DNA from: Octopus sinensis
Taxonomy: Eukaryota
Assembly (NCBI RefSeq): GCF_006345805.1
Contig: NC_043008.1
Coordinates: 61,380,001-61,444,000, forward strand
Direction of reading: 5' to 3'
Length of the DNA: 64,000 nucleotides
Shown: one piece after another, positions 1-12,918 of the stretch
How positions within the stretch are numbered: position 1 is the first letter of the stretch
Layout of the letters: every line of letters begins with the position of its first letter
Translations under genes and position numbers: made by a program
The notes under the pieces: model-generated
What the model saw: only the letters and a program-made list of their open reading frames with translations
Database searches by the model: none
What the model was told of the DNA's origin: nothing

Positions 1-183
1 TCTACATTTAATAGAAAACAAATTGCAATACATTTTAATCATAATTTGAAGAAAAACTGAAATATCTTCCCAACTCATTCTTTATAAATGGCTAACTATT
101 ACCAACCAAAAAGATTGTACCCGGGAGAATTGATTGTTTTAAGTCATTCGTTTTCTAAAACAAATAATAATCAGATATGCCAC
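1..183 (+). repeat. Direct repeat copy 1 (~180 bp, cut by the window edge), homologous to 1587-1778
   Basis: TCTACATTTAATAGAA-ACAAATTGCAATACAT...GAAAAACTGAAATATCTTCCCAA...GGAGAATTGATTGTTTT...CAGATAT aligns colinearly with 1587-1778. Confidence 0.85.
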
Positions 184-792
184 GTAGATGGCCGGTTAGA
201 TGTACAGGCCTATTCAAATCTTTTAATATATTTTGCTTGACATATTTGCCATTTTATTTCAGGCAGCAAAAATTGAAGTGAGACTATATTTGTCTTAAAC
301 CACCTCAAATGGTGACCATAGCTGGCAGAAAATTTCCTTCATATATTACTTTTAAGAATGTCATCAAATGAAGTGAGTTTTAAACATATCATCTCTGATG
401 AACTTTAAAGATTCAAATATCACCAATCAATCTTAACGTGACTGGTAACTTTTCTTTGGAGATGTGAACTCCCTAAGAGTTGTTAGATATCATAGTAGTA
501 CTATAAGTGACGCCGATGTACGTACGCATACACCAACTATATTTTCTTAGAAACGAAATTTTTATAAGAAGTGCAATATGTATATCTTAAATATATATTT
601 TTCGAACGAAATTCTTGTCAGAATTACAACATTAAGGGAGAGTGGTATCAGTGAAGCAGAATATATGTGATGATTCTTCAAGTTGTAGCATATGTGCCTT
701 GTATGAATCTTCCAGAGCTTTTGATAAAAATGGTTAATGTGTTTTTAGAAAATGCCCTTCGGTGGAAGAGACAGATGTATGTATGTATGTGT

Positions 793-1055
<263 letters not shown>

Positions 1056-1586
1056 ATGTAAATGTACGGGCTACTGAGATAATCGCTGAAAACAAAATAA
1101 ATAAGAGTATTCAATGATAAAGGAAAGTTATACTGAAGGATGATCTCTACTTTAGATATCGATTGGAGTTCACAAAAACCTTGGCAGTCTCCGATGAATG
1201 AATCCCTCAAGCGATTGCAGTCATCCTTGATGCTACAAAAAGGCGAAAGAAATAAACAGATGTTCTCGGCCTCCAGACCTTGTTTCTTCAATTATCTATG
1301 CAGTAACAACAAACTGAGGACTGTTCTTTCGTTTAACTTACTCATGCAGCAAGCATTTTCTCTCAGTTCTTGCAAGAATTATTGTTAACTCTCAGCTTTG
1401 TACGCATCAATAATTTTTTCTGTCAACCCTATGATGGTTCAATTTCTGACGAATCCACGTGTGGATTTCCTGTCTAATTTCAATGTAAGTATGGATATTG
1501 CAAATGAAGTTCAAAATTCACACATGCCTCCATTACTGGAATCAGCGTCACCATCGCTGAGTAAACAAAGAAATTTCCCCTAAAGT

Positions 1587-1778
1587 CTACATTTAATAGA
1601 ATACAAATTGCAATACATATTTAACACAATTTAAAGAAAAACTGAAATATCTTCCCAATTCATTTTTCATAAATGGCTAACAATAAACAATAATGACTAA
1701 AAAAGAATATACCCAGGAGAATTGATTGTTTTCACTCATTCGTTTTCTTAAACAACGCATAATACTCAGATATCCCAC
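1587..1778 (+). repeat. Direct repeat copy 2 of 1-183
   Basis: Colinear alignment by eye with 1-183, roughly 80% identity with small indels. Confidence 0.85.
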
Positions 1779-2523
1779 AACCGAGGCGACAACTCTGACA
1801 GATTTATAATATGTGGGAGGTGAAATATATTGTATCAACCGCCAAGTCATAGAAATTCTGCCGAAATATATTGGCACTATATATTAGACAATGCCATCGT
1901 GAAAGAAACCAATACTTACAATAATGGCATTTCTGACATTTAAATAATTGCCCTGAGATGTTCTCTCCGCAATTGACCAAGTTTCAGCACTAGATCTTAG
2001 ATCTCACCATTTCGAAGCTTAGTACAAGAGCAAAAGTGTATATTTTCAATGAGAATATGTAATTCAATAAAGGCTGTAAAATCATTTAAAGCAACTATTA
2101 GGAACCATCTACTTATAATATGTGCTGCAAGTTTACAGATATATGTAACAGTTATGGTACCGTTTTAATAGTTAACTATAAATGCTATGTTTACAAATTA
2201 ACATGGATAGAATCATTTATTAAATCAAAACATGTTGATATGAAACATTTTTGGAGGTTCTCTCCAAGAAATATGCGTAAATATATTTCAGAAAGCAGTT
2301 TCAGGGATTCACGTTTGAGCAATTAAGAATTGCAAAATGGTGTGTTAGGTATGTAGGCGTGAATGTTTATATCTCTATACGCTCAAAAGTATGAGAGTAT
2401 GTGTATGTATGGATGTATATATGTATGTATATATGTATGTATATATGTGTAGGTAAATATATCTATATCTCTATCGATCTGTTTGTTTCTCTGTCTATCT
2501 ATCTATCTATCTATCTATTTATA

Positions 2524-2558
<35 letters not shown>

Positions 2559-2944
2559 TTACCTAATTCTCCCGCCCCTCGATCTGTCTGTCTCTCTCTA
2601 TATACATGTATGTATGTATATGTATATATATATATATATACATACATATGCATACATACATATATATATATATATGTATATATATGCTTTTGCACATATG
2701 TGTATATGTACATTTATTAAAATAACATTTGCAGGTATAAAACATTTGTCAAGTATGTGAAAGAAACAAGTGAAAAATTCTATACGAACACATATCCTTC
2801 TATAAAGCGATCAATATTTTATACAGCATGGATGTGTTTATAAACATATTCTAGAATAGTGTAAATATTTATCTCTGCATAATACAAATAGCTTCATTTC
2901 AGCACAAGCATATAGAATATAAATACTATATACGTATAAATGTA

Positions 2945-3122
<178 letters not shown>

Positions 3123-3839
3123 CAAGTAAATGTATACATCTCCACATAAGATACTTTGTATTTAGCAAACTACGTATATTGCTTTGCACACGCATGCCAA
3201 CATATCTGAGTGTAAATCACATATACTTTGAATGTTTCTATATTTTATGCATACACAGAAACTCATACATATTTACATACATTCATATACATAGCGCTTC
3301 GAGGCTTGAAGACTGGAAAAGACAATGGCAGATGAGATATGACAAATCAATAAAGCAGTGCTGTAAACCGCGTAATGAAAGAAAGAGTCTCCATGGAAAA
3401 GTATGAGGAAGTTATTTGAGTTTTTGATGAAACATTATAGATGTGCTGCCGGCATCCCGGAAGATGTAACCCAACAACGTTCTATATAAAAATATATTTA
3501 GTCACTTTTGCCTCGGTGCTGGTGGATCTGGTAGTAAAGAACATAATGAAGCACATCATAAGTTAGTAGATATGTGTTGAGGACATGTTATGATATTTTG
3601 TCATTGAACTGACTAAGTATATTCACGTTGAAGTGATAGAAGTTAATATGTGCAATGTAATATGAAGATTACAATATGTTCTCAGTATTCATTTCTCTTT
3701 CACTGGGTACGCAGCGCTCAAATTATAACAGAAAATGCTTATACTTCGGTGATTCTGCAAGTGTATTATGTGTTTTGCCAAGGCAGTTGATACATAGCCG
3801 CATAAATTAGAAGAACCGGCTCTCATATTTTCATAAGTT

Positions 3840-4236
3840 ACTAGCAGTATCGCCCGGCGTTGCTCGGGTTTGTAAAGGAAATCACTATATAAGCATTTTT
3901 AGAGATGTAAAGTATAATAGCAATCTCAATATGGCTAACCACAAAGGGGGGGTGTTACTGTAGCTTTTTACGTTCTGAGATTTAATAATACATTTTCAGA
4001 GAGTTACTTCCCTTATATAATAGCAAAAAAATGCATTAAAAATGGGAAAAAATTGTGGTAATTTTTTTTTAAATCGTAGGCTCATCGTAGACGCGCGCTA
4101 ATTCACAGAAGGGCTCGATATGAATCACGACTATAAGATACCCGCTTTTGGTTACACTGCACCGCAAAATGTGGGAGTAGTTAGGAATCTAAATCGTAGG
4201 AGACAGACACACAACTTCACTTTTATATATGAAGAT
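3840..4236 (+). mobile_element. Non-autonomous Helentron/HINE-like (Lep1/DINE-1-type) element, copy 1
   Basis: Starts ACTAGCAGTATCGCCCGGCGTTGCTCGGG (short hairpin) and ends CAGACACACAACTTCACTTTTATATATGAAGAT. Both ends are shared with 24809-25193; flanked by T on each side; no TSD or long TIR. Confidence 0.65.
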
Positions 4237-5370
4237 TACAGCTGTTTCTAAATGTCCATAGTTATCTTTTATCTTTTCATACATGATTCAATCGTTGGAC
4301 TATGGCCATGTTCGAGCACCGCCTTGTAACAAAATTTTAATGTTTTTTTTTTCTGGCTTTGACCGGTGAGTGTTATGTCCTATTTGCTTTTATCTACAAA
4401 TCAAAGAAAATAACTACTATTCTCTCAAAATTTACTAACATGGACAATAATGTTTTGAAACTGACCTATTTTCCATTATATTTCAGAGGGATCTAGCGCT
4501 GAGTTACTCAAGCAGTAATATCGTTTTAGCAAATTTTCTACTGAATGCCATATATTTGCTCGTCAGTTGCTTGACCTTAACGATTTGAGCATGTCTCTTA
4601 GTGGCTGGCAATATGTGTATCTCTGATCCTGATCAGGAGTAGTGGAAGGTATCATAGCCATGTGTTGTGAGAGACTCTTTGGAGTTAGGATAAATACAGT
4701 ACCAAGAGCAATGTTTGAAGGAAATATCAGCCCTTTTTAATATTTTCTAGGTTTAAGAAAATAGGAAATAAGAGTTGCTACCCAAGACCAAAACTGGTGT
4801 TACACAGTACTATATTCGAAAAAATCGACCCAAGAACTCACTTTGTAAGCCATATTCTATCGGACTTTTTGATTAATTACTAATTAAGGGAACGTAAACA
4901 AACCGGCGCTGATTATCAAACACTGTATGACAAACGCAATCAAAAAGACACACATACAGATATATACATGCATATATGTATGCATATGTGTGTGTGTGTA
5001 TATATACATACACATTTATATATATGTACACACACATACACACATACACACATGTATATATGCGTTAGTTTACGCGATGCATTATGTAATATTAATTTAG
5101 GAAGTTTCATCGTGTAAGGCCAGAACAATGGGGAAATGTTAAAGATAAGGTACAAATTGAAAAAACAACCCCCTTACGAAACAGAAAACGTTTTACTTTA
5201 CACATGTATATATAGGGATAATCACCAGTCCATCAGGACTTTTGGAAAAACGATCAATAGAAATCTTGTTACTCAGATATGTGCGGTTGTGTGCGCATGC
5301 TTATATATATATTGGTATGTATGTATTATGTGTATGTATGCATATATGTATGTATATATATGTATATTAT

Positions 5371-5429
<59 letters not shown>

Positions 5430-5430
<1 letters not shown>

Positions 5431-5565
5431 TCACAATGGGCTTCTTACAGTTTCCGTTCAGCAAATATTGTCCCGAAACTTTGGACGGCCCGAGGCCTGT
5501 AGTAAAAGCGACCTGCCTATGTTGCCAGACAATGGGACTATACCCGAAAGCAGGTGGATGGGAAG
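5430..5565 (-). mobile_element. Decayed head of OR1-like tRNA/CORE SINE
   Basis: Reverse-strand similarity to the head of 63190-63628 (GGGCTTCTTACAGTTTCCG...GGCCCGAGGCCTGTAGTA). Confidence 0.6.
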
Positions 5566-6274
5566 ATGACAACGGAAAATTTAAAATGTTTCAATTTTCC
5601 TCGATATAATAATTGTTGCAATTTACTTCAAAACTTCTCGCTCGTTAGATTTAAATCTGTGTAATGTTATTCGTGCCAAACTCGATCACCCAGCTTCGAT
5701 ATAACCATAACAAAGAAATATTCATGTCAACCAAAATTATTTAACTGGATTTCTGAAATGTATGTCATAATTATTTTCGCATATAACCTACGTGTGACAA
5801 ACACCATCCGAACAAAATATTCATAATTTGTACATACCTTGATTGTACAATTATAAAGAAGTCTCCCATGGAACCACTGAAGATATAAGTGAGATGGAAT
5901 ATCAAATCTTCTATATCCAAGATTATAATATACTCAGAGAAGTTGTTGATGGCTGCATTTCGTCCACTTTTAGGATAGAATTCTCTCTCAATTCATATTT
6001 CCTCCCAAATTTTCAGTGGACATATTCAAAGGAAAGCAGTTTCTCTTTAAAAGTTGATGATAGGAAACGAGTAACTCTGAGTACCACCCCAACACATTAT
6101 CCGAAGTTTATAGTATTATATGTCCATCACGGTTGATCTTACCAATCAGTTTCGCGCTAGTGGTACAACGGAGAATTAGGTAACAATCTGATTATATAAC
6201 ACTACGCCGATATTGAATGAAAATGTCACACTATGCAGAGTTATATAATATGTATTTGTATAAATCATACATGT

Positions 6275-6593
6275 GGAAGTGCAATGGTCCAGTGGTTAGG
6301 GCAGCGGACTCGCGTTCGAAGGATCGCGGTTTCGATTCCCAGACCGGGCGTTGTGAGTGTTTATTGAGCGAAAACACCTAAAAAAGCTCCACGAGTCTCC
6401 GGCAGGGTGTGGTGATCCCTGCTGTACTCTTTCACCACTCTTTCTCTCTCTCTTTCTTCTGCTGGCCTGCTCTCTTAGCCAGCGGGGTGGCGTCATTCGA
6501 AGGCTTAAACAATGCGAACGCATTGTGACCAGCGATGTGTAAAACATCCGATGGTCTGGTCGGTCACGTGATATCACGTCACGTGACGTGATA
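6275..6593 (+). mobile_element. OR2-like tRNA-derived SINE with CACGTGAT-repeat tail
   Basis: Pol III A box (TGGTCCAGTGGTTAGG) and B box (GGTTTCGATTCCC); first ~150 bp shared with 40786-41096; 3' end of short CACGTGA repeats. Confidence 0.8.
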
Positions 6594-7266
6594 AATCATA
6601 CATAAGTAAAATATATTTGGTTATAGTCTTAACATGCTCTAGTGCATTCGGACAGGTAAAGCCTGCTGTTGTGGAGGCAATCTTGGCAGGCTATTCCTAT
6701 ACATGTGTGAAAACAAATTTCCACTTTGAATGACGCTAGTGGATTTGCTGCCCGTTTCATCACATCGTCTCTTCGGAATTTCAGCTAGGAGCAACAATCT
6801 ATCATTAATAGGTTAATATGAACGAAAATTTACTAATAAAATTCGGCAAATGCTGCTTATTTGATGTACGTAAAACTTTGTGAAGCCAGAACTGAATATC
6901 ATGCAAATATTCTTTTACCTACATTCAAAAACGAAGTAAGAAAGGTTAGAAGGAGTGAGATTGATATTTATTGACATAAATTCGATCACATACGAGCATC
7001 GAAATTTTTTTTAATTTTGTTTTTACCGCCCCCGCCTTCCTGAATTGTAAAGAATACGCAGAGCAAATCAATGGCAAAAACGAAGTCATACGAGAAATAA
7101 TTTAAAGAAATTTACCATAATATTCTCGATTTCCTTTACTTATTTAGGAAAGTGTTGAAAACTTTAACTATGAAGCAAATGATTTTTAAATACTTTTATT
7201 AGTTTTCCAACTTGTGAGAGACGTCAAGAAATTATGCATTTCTCGCAAACAATTCATATATATATA

Positions 7267-7338
<72 letters not shown>

Positions 7339-7810
7339 ATATACATATATATATATACATGTTTATATTTAAAGATACTTTCACCCAGACAAAAGCACAC
7401 AGGGAAAGAAAATATCGAAAACGTAAATAGAATCCATACTGTAAAACGGTACACACACACAACAAACAAACACGCAAATACACACAAACACACACAAACC
7501 AAAGCCCTGGGAACAGTGGGTGCAGAGGTTGCAAGCGCGCCACCTACAATTTTTCTAGGGTGAAGAATCTTAATTTCCATCACTACTTACTGTACTAAGG
7601 TTCAGAAGACAGCACACATAATGTGATAAGTAGCTTGAAGATAGATTACTACTTCTCAAAGAACAATGAACAAAAAAAAAACATAAGGCACAAATAAAAC
7701 ATTAAAAAACAATAAAAATTTGTGAACAATATTGTTGCTGAGGTTTCATCCCCTAAGTTAATTTCCTTCCGGAGACTGTGACACTCACACGGGCGCGCAC
7801 GCACACACAA

Positions 7811-7843
<33 letters not shown>

Positions 7844-8094
7844 GCGATGGTTCTATATAATGAGAAGCAGGGTAAACCGAATAAGTGCCAATACGTTCAG
7901 TTATGTTAGGGACAGAAGATTTATGGGTATAATTATAGGAACTATATACTTGATGAGATCAACAGACTACATCTACCATTCCTTCTCACCAGGAATTAGT
8001 AGGACAATCTTCACGGTAATTGCCTCAGAACGTTATGTTCTCCAACTGATGAAATTCTGAAAGATCTTTTGTTTGAACATGTTACTGAAATATC

Positions 8095-8100
8095 TATCTC

Positions 8101-8192
<92 letters not shown>

Positions 8193-8280
8193 ATTATCTA
8201 TCTATTTATCTATATATCTACTTATCTATCTATTTATCTATCTATCTAACTATCTATATGTCTGTCTATCTAATTATCTA
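8095..8280. repeat. (TATC)n microsatellite
   Basis: Direct inspection. Confidence 0.95.
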
Positions 8281-8322
8281 TATATGTATACGCATACATA
8301 CAAACACACCCATACATACACA

Positions 8323-8660
8323 CAGGAGTGGTTGTGTGGTAAGTAGCTTGTTTACCAACCACATGGTTCTGGTGGCACCTTGGGCAAGTGTCTTCTACTA
8401 TAGCCTCGGGCCAACCAAAGTCTTTTGAGTGGATTTGGTAGACGGAAACTGAAAGAAGCCCGTCGTATATGTGTATATATATATATGCGTGTGTGTGTTT
8501 GTGTGTCTGTGTTTGTCCCCCTAGCATTGCATGACAACCGATGCTAGTGTGTTTATGTCCCCGTTATTAGCGGTTCGGCAAAAGAGACCGATAGAATAAG
8601 TACTGAGCTTACCCAAAAAAACGAATAAGTCCCGGGGTCGAGTTGTTCGATTAAATGCAT
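8323..8660 (+). mobile_element. OR1-like tRNA/CORE SINE (head + TA/GT microsatellite + tail), small deletion in B-box region
   Basis: CAGGAGTGGTTGTGTGGTAAGTAGC...CCTTGGGCAAG...GATAGAATAAGTACT; matches many other copies in this window. Confidence 0.85.
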
Positions 8661-9660
8661 ACAATCATTTATATATATATATATATATATATATAAGTTT
8701 ATAGGTTCGTATTTATCTGTGTTGAGAAATAGGTAATAAGTGTATTGGTCCTATTTCAGGAGTTTTTGTTTCTTCATCATCACCCATTCAACACAGTAAC
8801 CACCCACGAACTTATTGCATGTACCAGTGTAACATTATTGGTATGGAAATATTAATGACCTGTAGAGATACCGTATTGATATTGTTTACATTTAGCGTAC
8901 TCCCATACGAAAAGTCCTAACAAAATCGCTGCTGTCTATAATTTCTATAGAAAAATTCAATTATGAGAAAATTGACACAACCAATTACTCAGTTTCTACA
9001 TGTTGAACTAAATTTTAACCCTTTCACTTTTACGTTGTCAGAGCAAAGAATTAAATCCATCAAAGCCAACAATGATTACTGCCATATGATAAACCGAAAT
9101 GCATCATTTTAGCGAGCAATTAAACACAATATTATGACCTAAAGGGATCCCACCTAAATATGTACACCTGATTAAAAAATGCAAACAATCTTTATCACAT
9201 ACCCACCAATATACATAAGGAAAATTTTAGCTGAACACGGAGTATGTATAAACCTAAGATTAAATCCAAAGTATTGCAGTGTGACGATGGCTCAGCAGAT
9301 CGAAAAATTGAAGTCATTAACAATAACATTCTTGTTTAAGAATCGCATGAAACGATCGTCCTGCATTACCTCTGGATAACCTTGTTGCTTATTTTGATAT
9401 ATATATATATATATATACATTATATGTACAGGAATATTTACATGTTTTAGGTATTTAATATACATAAATTAACATTTCAGGTTGTGTGACTTCAATAATG
9501 AAACTGTGATATTACTCTCGAAAACATTTAATAGATATTAAGCATACATTGTGTACTTAGTTCCTTTATTCGGTCAGCATTCATGGTGTCAGTGCTTTTG
9601 TAATGAGAAAAATACACACATATATCTATCTCTCTATCTCTCTATCTATCTATCTATCTG

Positions 9661-9723
<63 letters not shown>

Positions 9724-9750
9724 CTTTATCTCTCTCTCTCTATCTATCTA

Positions 9751-9792
<42 letters not shown>

Positions 9793-9803
9793 ATATATAA
9801 TAT

Positions 9804-9834
<31 letters not shown>

Positions 9835-9866
9835 GTATCAATATGTATATATATGTGTATGTGTGT

Positions 9867-9906
<40 letters not shown>

Positions 9907-10866
9907 GAACACACAAACACACAACAAAGTGAATTGCACATACTCACATTTGAAGATCTTCCAAAACAGAAATAAATATATTACACAGAGCGTATATAGA
10001 AACAACCAAATTATTTTACTCTTATTTTTTTTTATATATTCCTCTATTGTTCGTTATGAGAAATCGAAAGCAGTCAATAAAATTGAATGCTGTTTTGAAA
10101 ACCAATTCTGATAGGCTGGCTCACAGTCATACCCCAAAAGTCAGAGAAATAGAACAGAAGAGCATAGTAATCTATTTTGTTTTTGTCTCTATCTGCTAGC
10201 CAGCTATCAAGTCGGATTAAAGAATTGATCAACAAAATCCTTAAGTCATCTGTGGACGAAAACATAGATATTAGAAAATATTTTCTGTTGTTTATTTCCA
10301 GCATTGTTTTTTGTTGAGTTTCATTTTATTAGATATTAGACTGTACTGTTGTTCGTGTAGTTCCGTCTTCTATAACGAATATTCCTATACAGGCCTTTAA
10401 TATGTTTGATTTTTTTGCTTAGTTTAGCTTTTCGATTTTTTTTTTTTGGTAATTTTGTTGCACTTTTAGATTTATAATTTTCGATTGTTTTCCTCTTCCA
10501 TCAGTAATTCTTTGTTTGAAATGCTTGTTATTTATTTAATTATTTTTCCTATATAATGTTTCAGTATTACACACACATGAAGAAAGATAAACCATACACT
10601 CAGAAACATAGACATACTCATACGCATCATATATATATATATATATCTATATATATCTATATATCTATATATATATATATACATATAATAATAAATATTA
10701 GGGAATATATCCAAATTTACAGGGAAAAAAAATCAGATTTAGGATTAAATCCAATTTTATAGTAAAATATTATAAAATATTATTTGAGACAAAACCACTA
10801 TTTTGCAAAACAAACAAGGAAAGACTTAATCAATACATAAAATTGAATAAATAGTCAAAAAAACCG

Positions 10867-10909
10867 CCACTACAATCGTTTCTTGTCTTGATCGACAATC
10901 TTCAGGTGG
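10867..10909 (-). ncRNA. Minimal type I hammerhead ribozyme motif (left arm)
   Basis: Reverse complement reads CCAC CUGAAGA UUGUC gaucaa GACAA GAAAC gauu GUA GUGG: intact CUGANGA and GAAA core, 5-bp stem II, 4-bp stem I, GUA cleavage triplet. Confidence 0.75.
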
Positions 10910-11388
10910 ACTTCCAATCTAAAAAATCAAAATTTTAAAATATAAAAATAATACTTTTAAATAATTAAAGTATAAATGAAAAAATATAAGTATATAATCC
11001 ATAGTTTTTAAAGAATCCATTCATAATAAATTTTTTTTAAGTAGCGTTGGTTTGCTACGTGGAAATAGTTTTTAGTTCCATTTATTATATTTCTCCATTC
11101 ATACTATGAATGACGTTTACTTTCTATGGCGCGTATTCTTTTTTTACATTAGTTATTTCCATGGTAACGTAATTTTGTTTGGTTTTTTAACGGCTAAGAA
11201 TCTAATTTCACTTCATAATTTGTAACTGAATTGTAAGTATGTATTTGATTTATCCTTATGTCATAATGTTATTTTTGATATTCTGGTTAATTACGATGTA
11301 TTTATTGTTGTTTTCATAAGAGTGTTTATGTATATGAGATTGGTTGTGAGTTTTTAATTGTATAATTAATTTATTTATCTGTATGAGT

Positions 11389-12430
11389 GTGGGTGTAAAT
11401 ATTGTTGTATATATCGAGTTTTAGTGAGTATGTATATGCGTATATGTGAGGGAGCATATGTATCTGTTGTGTGTGTGTGTTTTGCGTGTGTGTGTGTTTT
11501 GTGTGTGAATGTGTATTTGGGTTTGTTATTTAGGATTTGGGATGTATGTGTTAATTTGTCTGTGTGGGGAGGGAGTGGTTTTTGGTGTATATTGAGGTTT
11601 ATAAGTTAGTATAGGTTTGTGTATAAGTCTTGGGTCTGTGGTTTACGTGTGGGTTTTTTGTGTGTGAATGTTTAGGTTAGGGGGATTGCTATATAAGTTT
11701 GTTATAGGGTTTAGCAAAGGGAGATTTTATCGTTATATGCTTTTATGAGTTTTGGTTTATCATGGTTTTTTTAGGTAATTCGTGGTATTTTGTCTATTTT
11801 AGGTGTTGGTTATTTTTTTACATTGTTTCATTCATAATTTTTGAGTGGTGTTCGTTTTGCCACGTGAATAACCGGGTGGTGGACTAGCGTTGCTTGGAAT
11901 GTGAATGGAATAGTGTAGTAGTGAGGTAGGCATAGAGAATGGGATTGGGTTACTGCAAGTTGTTTGTTAGAGATGCTAAGGTGAGTTAAAGCTCATAAAT
12001 GTATATAATGTTTTTTGTGGGTGTGTAAGTATTGTTGTATATGTCGAGTTTAGTGAGTATGTATAGGCGTATATGTGAGGGAGTATATGTATCTTTTGTG
12101 TGTGAGTGTTTTGCGTGTGAGTGTGTGTTTTGTGTGTGAATGTGTATATGGGTTTGTTATTTAGGTTTTGGGATGTATGTGTTAATTTGTCTGTGTGGGG
12201 AGGGAGTGGGTTTTGGTGTATATTGAGGTTTATAAGTTAGTATAGGTATGTGTATAAGTCGTGAGTCTGTGGTTTACGTGTGTGTATTTGTGTGTGAATG
12301 TTTAGGTTAGGGGGTTTACTTTATAGGTTTGTTATAGAGTTTAGCAAAGGGAGATTTTATCGTTATATGTTTTTAAGAGTTTTGTTTTATCATGGTTTTT
12401 TTAGGGAATTCGTGGTAATTAGTCTATATT
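11389..12430. repeat. Internal ~410-bp direct duplication (11389-11800 and 12017-12430), G/T-rich on + strand
   Basis: Colinear, about 90% identical by eye; period ~628 bp. Confidence 0.9.
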
Positions 12431-12551
12431 TTCGATATGGATTATATATAGGTTATATATGGATTATATACTTATATTTTTTCATTTATACTTTAATTAT
12501 TTAAAAGTATTATTTTTATATTTTAAAATTTTGATTTTTTAGATTGGAAGT

Positions 12552-12594
12552 CCACCTGAAGATTGTCGATCAAGACAAGAAACGATTGTAGTGG
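12552..12594 (+). ncRNA. Minimal type I hammerhead ribozyme motif (right arm)
   Basis: Stem I CCAC 12552-55 / GTGG 12591-94; CTGAAGA 12556-62; stem II TTGTC 12563-67 / GACAA 12574-78; GAAA 12579-82; GTA 12588-90. Confidence 0.75.
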
Positions 12595-12695
12595 CGGTTT
12601 TTTTGACTATTTATTAAATTTTATGTATTGATTAAGTCTTTCCTTGTTTGTTTTGCAAAATAGTGGTTTTGTCTCAAATAATATTTTATATATAC

Positions 12696-12726
<31 letters not shown>

Positions 12727-12731
12727 TATTA

Positions 12732-12798
<67 letters not shown>

Positions 12799-12887
12799 GT
12801 GTGTATGTGTGTGTGTGTGTGTATATATATACATATATATATATATGTGTGTGTGTGTATATATATGTATATATGTCTGTGTATAGG

Positions 12888-12918
<31 letters not shown>

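Larger units (their letters stand above)
10771..12690 (-). mobile_element. 1.92-kb non-coding element with 233-bp terminal inverted repeats each carrying a hammerhead motif; putative non-autonomous Penelope-like element with inverted pLTRs
   Basis: 10771-11003 is the reverse complement of 12458-12690 with one mismatch seen. Both arms contain CCAC-CTGAAGA-TTGTC/GACAA-GAAAC-GATT-GTA-GTGG. The body has a ~410-bp tandem duplication and no intact ORF. Confidence 0.75.

Noticed and set aside
263-372. AG...GT-bounded segment with good splice signals
   Set aside because: Stops in all three frames; could only be a non-coding exon, for which there is no evidence.
1446-1470. CTGACGA followed by the hairpin ATCCAC-GT-GTGGAT
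   Set aside because: No GAAA after the hairpin, so not a hammerhead.
5843-6136. 97-aa non-repetitive ORF
   Set aside because: TTG start, no recognisable motif and no convincing splice pair; length is within chance expectation.
6275-6350. tRNA-like sequences at SINE heads (also 40786, 53002, 63190)
   Set aside because: A and B boxes are present, but there is no complete cloverleaf with acceptor stem and they continue into SINE bodies; not tRNA genes.
10074-10530. Minus-strand ORF next to the hammerhead element as a possible Penelope RT remnant
   Set aside because: Only vague resemblance (MLEINNRKYFL); no diagnostic RT motif.
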